Below are positions 45,096 through 55,650 of a DNA stretch of 64,000 bases, in pieces (positions within the stretch are counted from its first letter, which is position 1; each line of letters starts with the position of its first letter). Where the stretch lies: positions 4,128,001-4,192,000 of the forward strand of contig OZ220733.1 in assembly GCA_965116875.1 (NCBI GenBank). Direction: 5' to 3'. The notes below the pieces were generated by a model, which had not been told where the DNA came from, did no database searches, and worked only from the letters and a program-made list of their open reading frames with translations. The position numbers and the translations under genes are program-made. This DNA is from Candidatus Latescibacterota bacterium (GTDB taxonomy: Bacteria; Latescibacterota; UBA2968; GCA-2709665).

Positions 45096-46184
45096 ATGTT
45101 CAACCAGGCGGTTGTGGGACAGGAACGGGTGACGGAGCGGCTGGAGCGAATGGCGGGAAGCGCCAATCTGCCGCACGCCCTCCTTTTTACCGGACCTGAG
45201 GGTACGGGAAAAGCGGCCGCGGCCCTCGAAATGGCGAGGAGTCTTTACTGCGACAAAGGGAACCCGGGGTGCTGTGAAAATTGCCGGGGATGCAGGAAGA
45301 CAGCGGGCCTGAACCACCCTGACCTGTCTCTGCTGTTTCCGTTTTCACAGAGGTCGTCCCCGGAGATGGAGCGGGAGACGCTCGTGGGGATCGCGGCGGA
45401 TCCGTACGGGTACCCGCTGCCGGCCGACCATGCAACCCATTCGATCGGGCGGATTCGAACCTTGCAGAAACAGTTCGCGTATGGCGCGTTCGAAGGGGGA
45501 TGGCGGGCGGCGGTAATCCTGCATGCGGATCGGATGCGTGTGGAAGCCGCCAACGCGCTGCTGAAAACGCTCGAAGAACCTCCCGACCGGTCTCTGTTGA
45601 TTCTCGCGGCGTCCGCACAGGATTCCCTGCTGCCGACGATCGTGTCCCGCTGTCAGTGGGTGGTGTTCTCTCCCGTTTCGGTTGACGGCGCGGCGCGGAT
45701 GTTGTCGAGTGAGCGAGGCATCGGCGACGAGGCGGCGACGTCTATCGCGCGAACCTGCGGCGGCAACCTCAGGCGTGCACGCGAAATGGCAGATCATGAG
45801 GTCGACGGGTTGCAAGACAGGGGGTGCCGGTTTCTGTCCGCGCTCCTGTGGGACGAGGAAGCCAGAATCCACGCGGCGCTGGAGAAACTGGCCGCAGACC
45901 GGGATGAAGCCCTGCAATTGCTCGGCAGCGCGGAGACATGGCTTCGGGACGCCCTTCTTCTCCATTACGGCGACCCCGGCAGCGTGACCCATGGCGGCCG
46001 AATAGACGAAATCCGACGACTGACCCGCGTGCTGGGTCTGGACGGTGTCAGACGTACAGCCGAAAAGATCGAGTCCCTGCGTGAGATGAACCGGCGCAAC
46101 GTGAACCTGTACGTTGGCCTCGTTTCGCTTTGGCGAGAGGTAAGAAGTGTCGCGAATTCAACGACTTCAGTCGGGACAGGTTGA
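45096..46184 (+). CDS. holB: DNA polymerase III delta' subunit
   Basis: HALLFTGPEGTGK, Cys cluster, HPDL, AANALLKTLEEP, LLPTIVSRC. Confidence 0.92.
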   Translation: MFNQAVVGQERVTERLERMAGSANLPHALLFTGPEGTGKAAAALEMARSLYCDKGNPGCCENCRGCRKTAGLNHPDLSLLFPFSQRSSPEMERETLVGIAADPYGYPLPADHATHSIGRIRTLQKQFAYGAFEGGWRAAVILHADRMRVEAANALLKTLEEPPDRSLLILAASAQDSLLPTIVSRCQWVVFSPVSVDGAARMLSSERGIGDEAATSIARTCGGNLRRAREMADHEVDGLQDRGCRFLSALLWDEEARIHAALEKLAADRDEALQLLGSAETWLRDALLLHYGDPGSVTHGGRIDEIRRLTRVLGLDGVRRTAEKIESLREMNRRNVNLYVGLVSLWREVRSVANSTTSVGTG

Positions 46185-46243
46185 ACGGGACGTGCGCCCG
46201 GGAACGGCCGAGGACCGGCGATCGGGTCTTGAAGGTTGAATCT

Positions 46244-48148
46244 ATGGGGCGGTTTTACATCACAACACCGATATACTACGTGAACGACGAGCCGCATCTG
46301 GGTCACGCGTATACAACCATAATGGCGGACGTCTTTGCCAGGTATCATCGGATTGCGGGCGACGACGTACTGTTTCTGACGGGAACGGACGAGCACGGTC
46401 AGAAGGTGGCCCAGGCGGCGAAGGAGCGCGGTATCGACCCGCAGGAACACTGTGACGAGATGGTCGAACGCTTCCAAAAGCTCTGGGCGACCTTGAATAT
46501 TTCTTGCGATGACTTCATCCGGACAACCGAATCCAGGCACAGGCGCGTCGTTCAGCGGATACTCCAGCGTTTATACGATGCCGGTGAGATCTACGCGGAC
46601 GACTACGAGGGATGGTACTGCGTACCGGACGAACGGTTCTGGACGGAGAAGGACCTGGTGAACGGGAAATGCCCGGAGTGTGCGCGCGAGGTGGTGCGGA
46701 TATCGGAAAAGAACTACTTTTTCCGCATGGGGAAATATCAGGCCTGGCTGACGGACCGTATCCAAAACGACCCCAGGTTTGTGCTTCCCCTATCGCGTAG
46801 AAACGAAATGCTCGGTTTTCTGCGCCGGCCTCTGAACGATCTCTGTATCTCCCGGCCGAAAGCCCGCCTTTCCTGGGGTATTCCGCTGCCATTCGACGAA
46901 TCCTACGTGTGTTACGTCTGGTTCGACGCGCTGATCAATTACATTACAGCCGCGGGTTATTTTCAGAACGAGGAAGAGTTCGAGAGGTGGTGGCCCGCCT
47001 CCTGTCATCTGATCGGCAAAGATATACTGACCACGCATTGTATTTACTGGCCGACGATGTTGAAGGCGATGGGCGTAGAGACACCGGAAACGGTGATGGC
47101 CCACGGATGGTGGCTCGTCGACGAGGAAAAGATGAGCAAGTCTATGGGCAATGCCATACGTCCCCTTGATCTGGCCGACAAATACGGCGTGGACGCCTTT
47201 CGGTATTTTCTGGTACGCGAGATGGTGCTTGGAATGGACAGCAGTTTCGGGGAAACGGGATTCGTCCACCGGTACAATTCCGAACTGGCAAACGATCTGG
47301 GCAATCTGCTGAATCGCACTGTTGTCATGGCCACGCGATACCTGGGTGGCAGGGTGCCTGCGGCGGATTTGAACCACCCCGACCTTTCTTCGTTGAAGTT
47401 GCAGGCGCGCAAGACGCTGGACGGTGTGACCAACGCTGTGGACGAGATGAGTCCCTCGGGAATTCTGGACGCGATCTGGGACCTCGTCCGGCAGGCGAAT
47501 CGTTTTGCGGAGGTGCAGGCGCCGTGGAACCTGGCCAGGGATCCCAACGCCAGGGATACACTGAAGGCGACGCTCTACGGCCTTCTCGAGACGATGCGCT
47601 ACCTGGCGGTACTTCTGTTTCCGGTCTTGCCGGGCAAAGCAGAGGAAATCTGGTCGCAGATTGGCGCGGATGGCGAAGTGACGACGCAGACCATACACGG
47701 CCTTCATCCCTGGGGCGGGCTGCGCGCCGGGGCGAAGGTGAACGCCGGAAGTCCGATTTTTCCCAGGATCGATCCGGTAGTCGATGACCATTCGGAGAAA
47801 ACTGACATGGAGGACAGCAAAGAAACTCTGGTCCCGTTCAGTGAGTTTCAGAAGCTCGAGTTTCGCGTGGCGAGGGTGGTGTCCGCACAACGGGTCCCGG
47901 GCGCTGATCGCCTGCTGGTGTTGCAGGTCAGCCTGGGTGACGAGCAGCGCCAGATCGTGGCGGGGGTGGCTGAGCAATACCTGCCGGAATCGCTGGTTGG
48001 CCGCCAGATCGTGGTGGTTGCCAATCTGGAGCCGGCGACGATCCGGGGGGTGACGTCTGAAGGGATGCTGCTGGCGGCATCGGCGGACGGGCGTGTCTCC
48101 CTGCTGCAACCGGACGCCGACGTACCCGACGGAGCCGAGGTGGGCTGA
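46244..48148 (+). CDS. metG: Methionine--tRNA ligase
   Basis: YITTPIYY, HLGH, GTDEHG, YVWFDAL, KMSKS, C-terminal tRNA-binding domain. Confidence 0.97.
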   Translation: MGRFYITTPIYYVNDEPHLGHAYTTIMADVFARYHRIAGDDVLFLTGTDEHGQKVAQAAKERGIDPQEHCDEMVERFQKLWATLNISCDDFIRTTESRHRRVVQRILQRLYDAGEIYADDYEGWYCVPDERFWTEKDLVNGKCPECAREVVRISEKNYFFRMGKYQAWLTDRIQNDPRFVLPLSRRNEMLGFLRRPLNDLCISRPKARLSWGIPLPFDESYVCYVWFDALINYITAAGYFQNEEEFERWWPASCHLIGKDILTTHCIYWPTMLKAMGVETPETVMAHGWWLVDEEKMSKSMGNAIRPLDLADKYGVDAFRYFLVREMVLGMDSSFGETGFVHRYNSELANDLGNLLNRTVVMATRYLGGRVPAADLNHPDLSSLKLQARKTLDGVTNAVDEMSPSGILDAIWDLVRQANRFAEVQAPWNLARDPNARDTLKATLYGLLETMRYLAVLLFPVLPGKAEEIWSQIGADGEVTTQTIHGLHPWGGLRAGAKVNAGSPIFPRIDPVVDDHSEKTDMEDSKETLVPFSEFQKLEFRVARVVSAQRVPGADRLLVLQVSLGDEQRQIVAGVAEQYLPESLVGRQIVVVANLEPATIRGVTSEGMLLAASADGRVSLLQPDADVPDGAEVG

Positions 48149-48152
48149 GAAG

Positions 48153-48917
48153 ATGCTCGTCGATACCCATGCCCATCTCAATTTCCCGCAGTTCAAGGGC
48201 GACGAGGAGGCGACGATCCGGCGTGCCCGTACGGCAGGGGTTGGAATCATCGTCAACGTCGGTACGAACCTGAAGGTGAGCAGGAGCGCGCTGGATCTCG
48301 CTCGGCGCCATGAAGGGGTCTACGCGACAGTGGGTTTTCATCCGCACGATGTCGAACTGGCCGATGCGGACGGGTTGAGGGCACTGAGGCGGCTTGTATC
48401 GTACAGGAAGGTTGTTGCCGTCGGCGAGACGGGTCTGGATTTCTTTCGTAATTATGCGCCCCGGCCCCTTCAGGAGCGGATCTTCCGGTTCCACATTCGT
48501 CTGGCGCGGCAGAAGGGACTTCCGCTTGTTATCCACAGTCGCGGCGCGGAGGACAGGGTGATGGACATTCTCGAATCGGAAGGCGGCAGTGCGGCCGGCG
48601 GAACGTTGCACTGCTTCGGGGGCTGCGGCGACCAGGCGAAGCGGGCGGTGGACCTTGGGTTCCATCTTGGATTCGGCGGAACGGTGACGTATAATCGCTC
48701 CACGTCGTTGTCCGTGGCGCTGGACACCCAGCCCGATCGAATCCTCCTGGAAACCGATTGTCCGTATCTTGCGCCAAACCCGCACAGAGGCCGGCGAAAC
48801 GAGCCGGCCTACGTTCGGCAGATTGCCGAATTCCTGGCTGGACGCGCGAACAAGCCGTTGGACAGCTTCGCCGCTCGAACCACGGAGAATGCCCGCAGGC
48901 TTTTCGGATTGATGTGA
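48153..48917 (+). CDS. tatD: TatD-family hydrolase
   Basis: DTHAHL, GFHPH, GETGLD, IHSR, HCF, ETDCPYL. Confidence 0.95.
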   Translation: MLVDTHAHLNFPQFKGDEEATIRRARTAGVGIIVNVGTNLKVSRSALDLARRHEGVYATVGFHPHDVELADADGLRALRRLVSYRKVVAVGETGLDFFRNYAPRPLQERIFRFHIRLARQKGLPLVIHSRGAEDRVMDILESEGGSAAGGTLHCFGGCGDQAKRAVDLGFHLGFGGTVTYNRSTSLSVALDTQPDRILLETDCPYLAPNPHRGRRNEPAYVRQIAEFLAGRANKPLDSFAARTTENARRLFGLM

Positions 48918-49746
48918 TGATCAAGCCCAAAAAGGGCCTTGCGCAGCATTTCCTGACCGACGTCGGGGCCGTCCAGAGAATCGTCAGGGCTGCAGGCGTC
49001 CAGGCCGACGACCTTGTGGTTGAAATCGGCCCGGGCCGCGGCGCGCTGACCGGCCGGCTGTTGGCACAGGCGGGCAAAGTCATCGGAATCGAACGCGATG
49101 AGGCGCTCTGTGACTTCCTGCGGTCCCGCTTCGGACACGGGTTGCGCCTTCGCAACCAGGATGTATTGACGGTTGACTTTTCCAATCTGATTCTCGAGGA
49201 AGGATTTGACCGCGCGATTCTGGTGGGAAACCTGCCGTATTACATTACGGGCGCGGTCATACGGCGAATCCTGGATGCGCGGAGCCGGTTCAGGCGGGCT
49301 GTACTGACCGTTCAACGGGAGGTTGCCCGACGGATCGTCGCCGCGCCGGGCAACAGAGACTATGGCGTTCTGTCAATTGCGGTTCAGTTGCATTCTGATC
49401 CGAAGATGCTGTTCGACCTGGCCCCCGGCGTCTTCCACCCGGCGCCACGGGTCTTTTCGTCCGTGATACGGCTGGATTTCCACGGGAGACGCGCTACCGT
49501 ATTCAGGATGAGCGGTTTTTCTTTCGCGTGGTCCGTACGGCTTTCGGTCAGCGGCGGAAGATGCTGAAAAATTCCCTGCTGGGAATGGCGCACGGCAGGA
49601 TGGAGGTTCTGCAGCGCGTGGGAGCAATGGCGGAAATCGACTTCAGTTTGCGGCCGGAAGCCGTTTCCATACCGGAATTTGAGCGGATTTCCCTCGCGCT
49701 CAAGGCGTTTTGCGATTTCAGCGGGCAGCTTCACGGGAGCCGATAG
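48917..49746 (+). pseudogene. rsmA: 16S rRNA m6,2A1518/1519 dimethyltransferase, frameshifted near 49484
   Basis: KKGLAQHFL, EIGPGRG, VGNLPY in one frame; the C-terminal [16 protein letters not shown] is in another frame. Confidence 0.85.
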
Positions 49747-49849
49747 CCGTCACAGGAAACCTGCCATCGCGGATTGTCGATGGGAGCGAAATGCCCGCGG
49801 GGGGCGTCTTTCTCGGCATTTCCGTTCATCTATCCTGGAGGGAAGAGAA

Positions 49850-50773
49850 ATGCCTCCGATGCCGAAGGCCGACAAGATCTGGTTCAACGGCAGATTTGTC
49901 GATTGGGACGATGCAAGGGTCCACGTGTTGTCGCACGTGGTGCACTACGGATCCAGTGTTTTTGAAGGGATACGCTGTTACGATACACGAAAGGGTCCGG
50001 CCTGTTTCCGTTTGACGGATCACGTGAATCGCCTGTACGATTCAGCCAAGATCTACCGAATGCCGATTCCTTATGACCGAGAGGAAATCTCGCGGGCAAT
50101 CCTGGAATCTATCCGTACGAACGGGCTTCAGGGATGTTACGTACGTCCCGTGATCTTTCGAGGATACGGCAGCCTGGGTGTGGATCCCTCGTCCTGCCCC
50201 GTGGAAGTCGTTATCGCGGTCTGGGAATGGGGCGCCTATCTGGGCGAGGAGGCGCTGGAAAAGGGGGCCGAGGTCCGTTTTTCGTCGTGGAACCGGCTGG
50301 CGCCCAACACCATGCCCTCACTGGCAAAGGTCGGCGCCAACTACATGAACTCGCAGTTGATCAAGCTGGAGGCGCTCGCCGATGGATACGTGGAGGGAAT
50401 CGCTCTGGATGCGCAGGGCCACGTGAGCGAAGCGAGCGGAGAGAATATCTTCATGGTGAAGAACGGCGCGATTTACACCCCCTCCACCGGATCGTCGATT
50501 CTGCCGGGAATTACCCGTCACTCGGTGATTACGCTGGCGCGCGATCTTGGCTACGCGGTAACACAGCGCGCCATACCCAGGGAGTCGCTGTACATCGCCG
50601 ACGAAGTCTTCTTTACAGGCAGCGCGGCTGAAGTCACGCCGATCGCCCGAATCGATCACATTCCAGTCGGTGAAGGGACCCGTGGACCCATCACCAAGGC
50701 TCTGCAGGACGCTTACTTCGGCGTTGTATCGGGCGAGACGGACGACCGGCACGGCTGGCTGACCTTTGTCTGA
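49850..50773 (+). CDS. ilvE: Branched-chain amino acid aminotransferase
   Basis: [42 protein letters not shown]. Confidence 0.96.
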   Translation: MPPMPKADKIWFNGRFVDWDDARVHVLSHVVHYGSSVFEGIRCYDTRKGPACFRLTDHVNRLYDSAKIYRMPIPYDREEISRAILESIRTNGLQGCYVRPVIFRGYGSLGVDPSSCPVEVVIAVWEWGAYLGEEALEKGAEVRFSSWNRLAPNTMPSLAKVGANYMNSQLIKLEALADGYVEGIALDAQGHVSEASGENIFMVKNGAIYTPSTGSSILPGITRHSVITLARDLGYAVTQRAIPRESLYIADEVFFTGSAAEVTPIARIDHIPVGEGTRGPITKALQDAYFGVVSGETDDRHGWLTFV

Positions 50774-50836
50774 CAGCGAACCCGCTCATTGTGGAGACCG
50801 GGTCATGGAACAGAACTCCGGACCGGAACGCATGGT

Positions 50837-51655
50837 ATGTATGAAATAAGGGACAAGCACGTTGCTGTCATCGGCGCCGGGAATATGGGCGGCGCGTTGA
50901 TCGCGGGGCTGGTGCAATCCGGCGCCCTGCCGCCGGAACGGATGACCGCGGTGGATATCGACGATGACTTGCTGGAATCGCATCGGCGCACGCTGGGCGT
51001 CAAAACCGTCCGCGACGCCACCTCGGTCGCCGCCGAACAGGACGTGGTGGTGCTTGGACTGAAGCCCCAGGTATGGGCGTCGGTCCTTACACCGCTGGCG
51101 ACGTCGCTTACCGGACGGCAACTGGTGATCTCAATTATGGGCGGCGTACGGACCGGGGCGATTGAGGAAGTTCTGGGTGGACGGATCCCGGTTGTGAGGG
51201 CGATGCCGAATATTCTCGCGCAGATCCGCGCGTCCGTCACGGCGATCTGCCCGGGCCGTTTTGCACGGGAAGCGCATTTGGCTGCAGCCGAGGCGATTCT
51301 GGAGTCGGTCGGCGCGTCCGTCCGCCTGGGTGAAGCACAGATGGATGCGGTTACCGGGCTTTCCGGCAGCGGTCCTGCCTTTGTGTACGTGATGATCGAT
51401 GCGCTGGCCGACGGCGGCGTCAGGATGGGAATACCCAGACCCATTGCGCTCAAGCTGGCCGCGGAAACGGTTTTGGGCGGTGCAAAGATGGTCATCGATA
51501 GCGGGGAGCACCCGGCGGTGTTGAAAGACCGGGTAACGTCCGCGGGCGGTACGACCATCGCCGGATTGCAGGCGTTGGAACAGGGGGGATACCGCGCCGC
51601 GCTGATGAAGGCGGTGGAAGCCGCGACCCGGCGGTCCGAGGAGCTGGGAGCCTAG
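50837..51655 (+). CDS. proC: Pyrroline-5-carboxylate reductase
   Basis: IGAGNMG, KPQ, RAMPN, LSGSGPA, VTSAGGTT. Confidence 0.95.
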   Translation: MYEIRDKHVAVIGAGNMGGALIAGLVQSGALPPERMTAVDIDDDLLESHRRTLGVKTVRDATSVAAEQDVVVLGLKPQVWASVLTPLATSLTGRQLVISIMGGVRTGAIEEVLGGRIPVVRAMPNILAQIRASVTAICPGRFAREAHLAAAEAILESVGASVRLGEAQMDAVTGLSGSGPAFVYVMIDALADGGVRMGIPRPIALKLAAETVLGGAKMVIDSGEHPAVLKDRVTSAGGTTIAGLQALEQGGYRAALMKAVEAATRRSEELGA

Positions 51656-51717
51656 CAGCCCGTTGAAAAAGTCCATCCGACCTCGCCTGCAGAGCGACTT
51701 TACCAACGGACTGTTAG
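51652..51717. mobile_element. MITE-like element, copy 2
   Basis: ctagcagcccgttgaaaaagtccatccg..gcgactttaccaacggactgttag; the TAG is the proC stop. Confidence 0.7.
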
Positions 51718-51771
51718 CGATGCAGTCGCCGAAACAGAGCGTCGTGCAGGGTCTTCCGGCCGGAGGTCGTA

Positions 51772-52377
51772 ATGATTGTGATTGTAGACTGTGGCATGGG
51801 TAATCTGCGCAGCGTTCAAAAGGGGTTTGAACGCGTCGGACACGCCGCGGCGATTACGAGTCGTCCCGAAGACGTGGACCGTGCCGACCGCGTCGTATTG
51901 CCCGGCGTCGGCGCCTTCGGAGACGCGATGGTCAATCTGAAAGCGGCGGGACTGGTGGAACCTCTGATGCATTCGATTTCCAGCGGTCGGCCGTTCCTCG
52001 GGATCTGCGTCGGTCTTCAGCTCCTGTTTGCCGAGAGCAGCGAGATGGGCCGCCACCGCGGATTTGGCGTGCTGCCCGGATCCGTGCGTCGGTTTCCGGA
52101 CGGGGTGCGGGTGCCTCAGATCGGATGGAACCAGATTCGAATTCAGAAGCAAACGCCGCTTCTTGCGGACATACCCGATGAAGCATTTTTTTATTTCGTA
52201 CATTCATACTATGTTGATGCTGAAGTGGAAACCGATTGCGTGGCAACCACCGAATACGCGCTCGATTACACGTCGATCGCGGGCCGGGGGTCAACCTACG
52301 GCATTCAGTTTCACCCCGAGAAGAGCCAGGATCTGGGACTGCGTATCCTGAAGAATTTCGCGGAGCGGGTATGTTAG
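51772..52377 (+). CDS. hisH: Imidazole glycerol phosphate synthase glutaminase subunit
   Basis: GNLRSV, LPGVGAF, LGICVG, YFVHSY, QFHPEKS. Confidence 0.96.
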   Translation: MIVIVDCGMGNLRSVQKGFERVGHAAAITSRPEDVDRADRVVLPGVGAFGDAMVNLKAAGLVEPLMHSISSGRPFLGICVGLQLLFAESSEMGRHRGFGVLPGSVRRFPDGVRVPQIGWNQIRIQKQTPLLADIPDEAFFYFVHSYYVDAEVETDCVATTEYALDYTSIAGRGSTYGIQFHPEKSQDLGLRILKNFAERVC

Positions 52378-53159
52378 CGAAACGCATCATTCCCTGTCTG
52401 GACGTCAAGAACGGCCGGAACGTGCGCGGGGTGAAGTTCTCGGCCGACCGCGACGCCGGAGACCCTGTTGAACTGGCGCGCCGATACGACGAGGAGGGCG
52501 CCGACGAACTCGTCTTTTACGATATCACGGCGTCAGCGGAAAAGCGGGATATCGTCGCCGATCTCGTGCGTCAGGTATCGGAACAGGTGTTTATCCCGTT
52601 TACGGTGGGCGGCGGCGTGCGGACATTTGACGACATCTGCACGATCATCGAGGGCGGCGCCGAAAAGGCATCCATCAATTCAGCCGCGATTCGTTCACCG
52701 GATCTGATTACCCGGGGCGCGGCGCGTTTCGGCGCACAGGCGATCGTCGGATCCATCGACGTCGTTCGATGCGGCGACCCGGCAGGGAAACCCCGGTGGA
52801 ACGTCATGATCGACGGCGGCAGGACGACCACGGGAAGGGACGCCCTGGAGTGGGCGGTGGAACTGGTCGACAGAGGCGCGGGAGAGCTGGTTTTGAACAG
52901 CATCGACGCCGACGGAACGCGAGAGGGGTACGACATCGAGCTGAACCGCGCTGTGGCGGAACTTGTGGACGTGCCGATTGTGGCATCGGGGGGCTCGGGC
53001 GGACCTGAGCACATGTATCAGGTGCTTCAGGAAGGCAGGGCCAGCGCGGCGCTTGCTGCGTCTATTTTTCACTATCGCCACTATAGCATTCCACAGGTAA
53101 AGGCATACCTGGCCGGGCGGGGCGTCTGCGTGCGCCCCCGGGTAAGGGTGGATCTGTAA
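52371..53159 (+). CDS. hisF: Imidazole glycerol phosphate synthase cyclase subunit
   Basis: MLAKRIIPCLDV, GADELVFYDITAS, SIDADGT, ALAASIFH. Confidence 0.96.
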   Translation: MLAKRIIPCLDVKNGRNVRGVKFSADRDAGDPVELARRYDEEGADELVFYDITASAEKRDIVADLVRQVSEQVFIPFTVGGGVRTFDDICTIIEGGAEKASINSAAIRSPDLITRGAARFGAQAIVGSIDVVRCGDPAGKPRWNVMIDGGRTTTGRDALEWAVELVDRGAGELVLNSIDADGTREGYDIELNRAVAELVDVPIVASGGSGGPEHMYQVLQEGRASAALAASIFHYRHYSIPQVKAYLAGRGVCVRPRVRVDL

Positions 53160-54367
53160 TGGATCGCAAGTTGACGAACGGGTCGCGAGAGATCCGTGCA
53201 GGGGACGGAATGGCGCGTTGTTCCAATCCGAACCGGATCTGTCCCGAACGAAAGGCGTTGTTCGAAGGGGTTCGTCGTGTCGTGCTGAAGCTGGGCACAC
53301 GCCTGGTCACGAAAAGGGACCAGGGCCTGAATACCGGGTTGATTGAGCGCCTGGCTGCAGACGTGGCCGAACTGCGGCGCACGGGAATACAGGTTGCCGT
53401 CGTGTCGTCCGGCGCGGTCGGAGCCGGAATGGGGCGGTTGGGCCTGGAGGAGAGGCCGCGGCGGCTGTCGGCGTTACAGGCGACCGCGGCCGTCGGGCAG
53501 GGGTTGTTGATGAACGCTTACAAGCTCGCGTTCAGAGCGCATAACCTCCCGGTCGGGCAGGTCCTCCTGACCGCCGATGATCTGGACAACCGGCGCCGTT
53601 ACGTCAACGCGAGGAATACGCTGGATTCGCTGTTCCGGTTCGGCGCCGTTCCGGTGCTGAACGAGAACGACAGCGTCGCCGTTGAGGAACTCCAGCTCTC
53701 GGTTGGCGACAACGACCGCCTTTCGGCGCTGGCGGCGCATCTGATCGACGCCGACCTTCTCGTTATCCTGACCGACGTCGACGGGTTTTTCTCTGAAGAT
53801 CCGGACCGCCGTACCGACGCGCGCCTCATCACGCGGGTTGAGGAGATACGCCCCGAAATGTTCGAGTGGGCGGGAAGAGCCGGCAGCCGCGTGAGCCTGG
53901 GTGGAATGCGTTCAAAACTGGAGGCGGCGCAGAGTGTGACGCGGGGAGGCAGGCTGGCGGTAATCGCAAACGGGCACAAGATCGGACTGAGCCGGATCCT
54001 CGCCGGTGCGCCTGCGGGAACGCTGTTCCTTGCCGCGAGGGAAAGGCTGCCCGGCCGCAAGCTCTGGATTGCCAATTCCCGTCGCAACGGCGCCGTGATC
54101 GTCGACGACGGCGCAGTGGAGGCAATCGTTAAACGGGGCAAGAGTCTCTTGCCATCGGGAATACTGAAAGTGGAAGGCGCCTTCGAGGCCGGTGAATTGA
54201 TCGCCGTTGAGGACCGGCGCCGGTTGGAGGTCGCACGCGGCGTGGTCAAGTACGGTTCGGACGACGTACAGCGGATATTGGGCAAGTCGACCGGCGAGGT
54301 GGTTTCAATTCTGGACGTGGAAGCCGGAGGAGAGGTGGTTCACCGGGACGATCTGGTGGTTCTTTGA
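53159..54367 (+). CDS. proB: Glutamate 5-kinase with PUA domain
   Basis: VVLKLGT, VSSGAV, AAVGQ, NENDSV, GDNDRLSA, VVHRDDL; true start may be downstream. Confidence 0.94.
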   Translation: MDRKLTNGSREIRAGDGMARCSNPNRICPERKALFEGVRRVVLKLGTRLVTKRDQGLNTGLIERLAADVAELRRTGIQVAVVSSGAVGAGMGRLGLEERPRRLSALQATAAVGQGLLMNAYKLAFRAHNLPVGQVLLTADDLDNRRRYVNARNTLDSLFRFGAVPVLNENDSVAVEELQLSVGDNDRLSALAAHLIDADLLVILTDVDGFFSEDPDRRTDARLITRVEEIRPEMFEWAGRAGSRVSLGGMRSKLEAAQSVTRGGRLAVIANGHKIGLSRILAGAPAGTLFLAARERLPGRKLWIANSRRNGAVIVDDGAVEAIVKRGKSLLPSGILKVEGAFEAGELIAVEDRRRLEVARGVVKYGSDDVQRILGKSTGEVVSILDVEAGGEVVHRDDLVVL

Positions 54368-54447
54368 GAATGGCGGGGCTTCCGCCCGCACACCGTTACT
54401 TCGCCGCGTATACTTCGGCGGCGCAGTTTTGCATCGGGGTTACCGGA

Positions 54448-54795
54448 ATGAGATTCTATCGGGTAAAACGGGATTTTCTGATTGCACCGCGCAGGCGGAT
54501 GTATCGATTTCTGTGGATGCTTCCGGCCCTGTGGTTCGTCTATCTGTTTTTCGCCGGAGACAGCGGTTATCTGCAGATTCGGGAGCGGAGCAGGCAGATC
54601 GAGGCGATGCGTCGAGAGAATGAAACCGAAAGCGCGGAAAACGTGAAGTTGGAGGCCGAGGTCGAAATGCTGAAGAACGACCTGGCGATCATTGAGAGAA
54701 TCGCACGGGAGCGGTACGGCATGGTCAAAGAGAACGAGACGGTCTATATGGTCTACCCGGGCACACCGGATCCGACGTCGGTAACCGAAAAATGA
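54448..54795 (+). CDS. ftsB: Septum formation initiator (FtsB/DivIC)
   Basis: TM helix, GDSG, coiled coil, IERIARERYGMVKENE. Confidence 0.85.
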   Translation: MRFYRVKRDFLIAPRRRMYRFLWMLPALWFVYLFFAGDSGYLQIRERSRQIEAMRRENETESAENVKLEAEVEMLKNDLAIIERIARERYGMVKENETVYMVYPGTPDPTSVTEK

Positions 54796-55574
54796 TTTCG
54801 AAGACCGAAGGGCTGGTTCTACGCGGGTACCGGATGAGCGAGAGCAGCAAGGTGGTGGTCATCTATACCCGGAGCGCCGGCAAGGTGAAGGTTGTGGCCA
54901 GGGGCGCCCGTCGTCCCAGGAGTAAGTTCGGCGCCAGCGTGGAACCGATCACGTGGGGAGCGTATGTCTATTACAGCCGGGAAAACAGAGACCTGCAGAC
55001 GCTTGGCGAGGGTGATATTCTGTATGCCTTTGAGGGCCTGAAACGGGTTTACCGGCGCCTCGCTTACGCAAGCGCCGTTTGTGATCTGCTGGATCGTCTG
55101 ACGCCGGAAGAGGATCCGAACTCACTCCTGTGCAGCGTCACCCTGGACTCGCTGCGATGGATGGAAACCGTCGAGGAAGAAGCGGTTGAATTGCCGCTCT
55201 GGTACTTTCAGCTGAAGGCGGCGGCGATGCTTGGATATCGTCCTCATCTGAGCGGCTGTGTCGCGTGCGGCACGCGAATAACCGGCGACAAAGCCTGCTT
55301 CGACGCAGGGCGAGGCGGCACGGTCTGCAGCCGTTGCGATCGCGGAGGCATTGAAGTGAAACTGGCAACCATCAGATACCTGGAACACCTTCAGACGGCG
55401 CATGCGGACCGGATCGACGACAGGGGATTCCGGGGGGTTGATACCGGCGAAGCGCGTCGCGTGCTGCGCGGCTTCCTGTGGCGCCACATTGAAAACCGCG
55501 GCCAGGTCAAGTCACTGGACTTTCTGAATCGGCTGTTGGCCGCGGAAGCGCCGTCGGCGTCCTACGGCAGTTGA
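54792..55574 (+). CDS. recO: DNA repair protein RecO
   Basis: TEGLVLR, GKVKVVARGARR, CVAC..CSRC zinc finger. Confidence 0.94.
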   Translation: MISKTEGLVLRGYRMSESSKVVVIYTRSAGKVKVVARGARRPRSKFGASVEPITWGAYVYYSRENRDLQTLGEGDILYAFEGLKRVYRRLAYASAVCDLLDRLTPEEDPNSLLCSVTLDSLRWMETVEEEAVELPLWYFQLKAAAMLGYRPHLSGCVACGTRITGDKACFDAGRGGTVCSRCDRGGIEVKLATIRYLEHLQTAHADRIDDRGFRGVDTGEARRVLRGFLWRHIENRGQVKSLDFLNRLLAAEAPSASYGS

Positions 55575-55650
55575 GAACCCGCCGGCGGCGGGCGGTATCC
55601 GAAAACACAATCCGGGCAAACTTCATCTGGTAAAGGAACGGGTTAGACGA

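Noticed and set aside
46790-48256. Long antisense ORF (also 1831..2844, 3431..4546, 10389..11561, 59337..60644)
   Set aside because: High-GC shadow ORFs opposite well-supported genes
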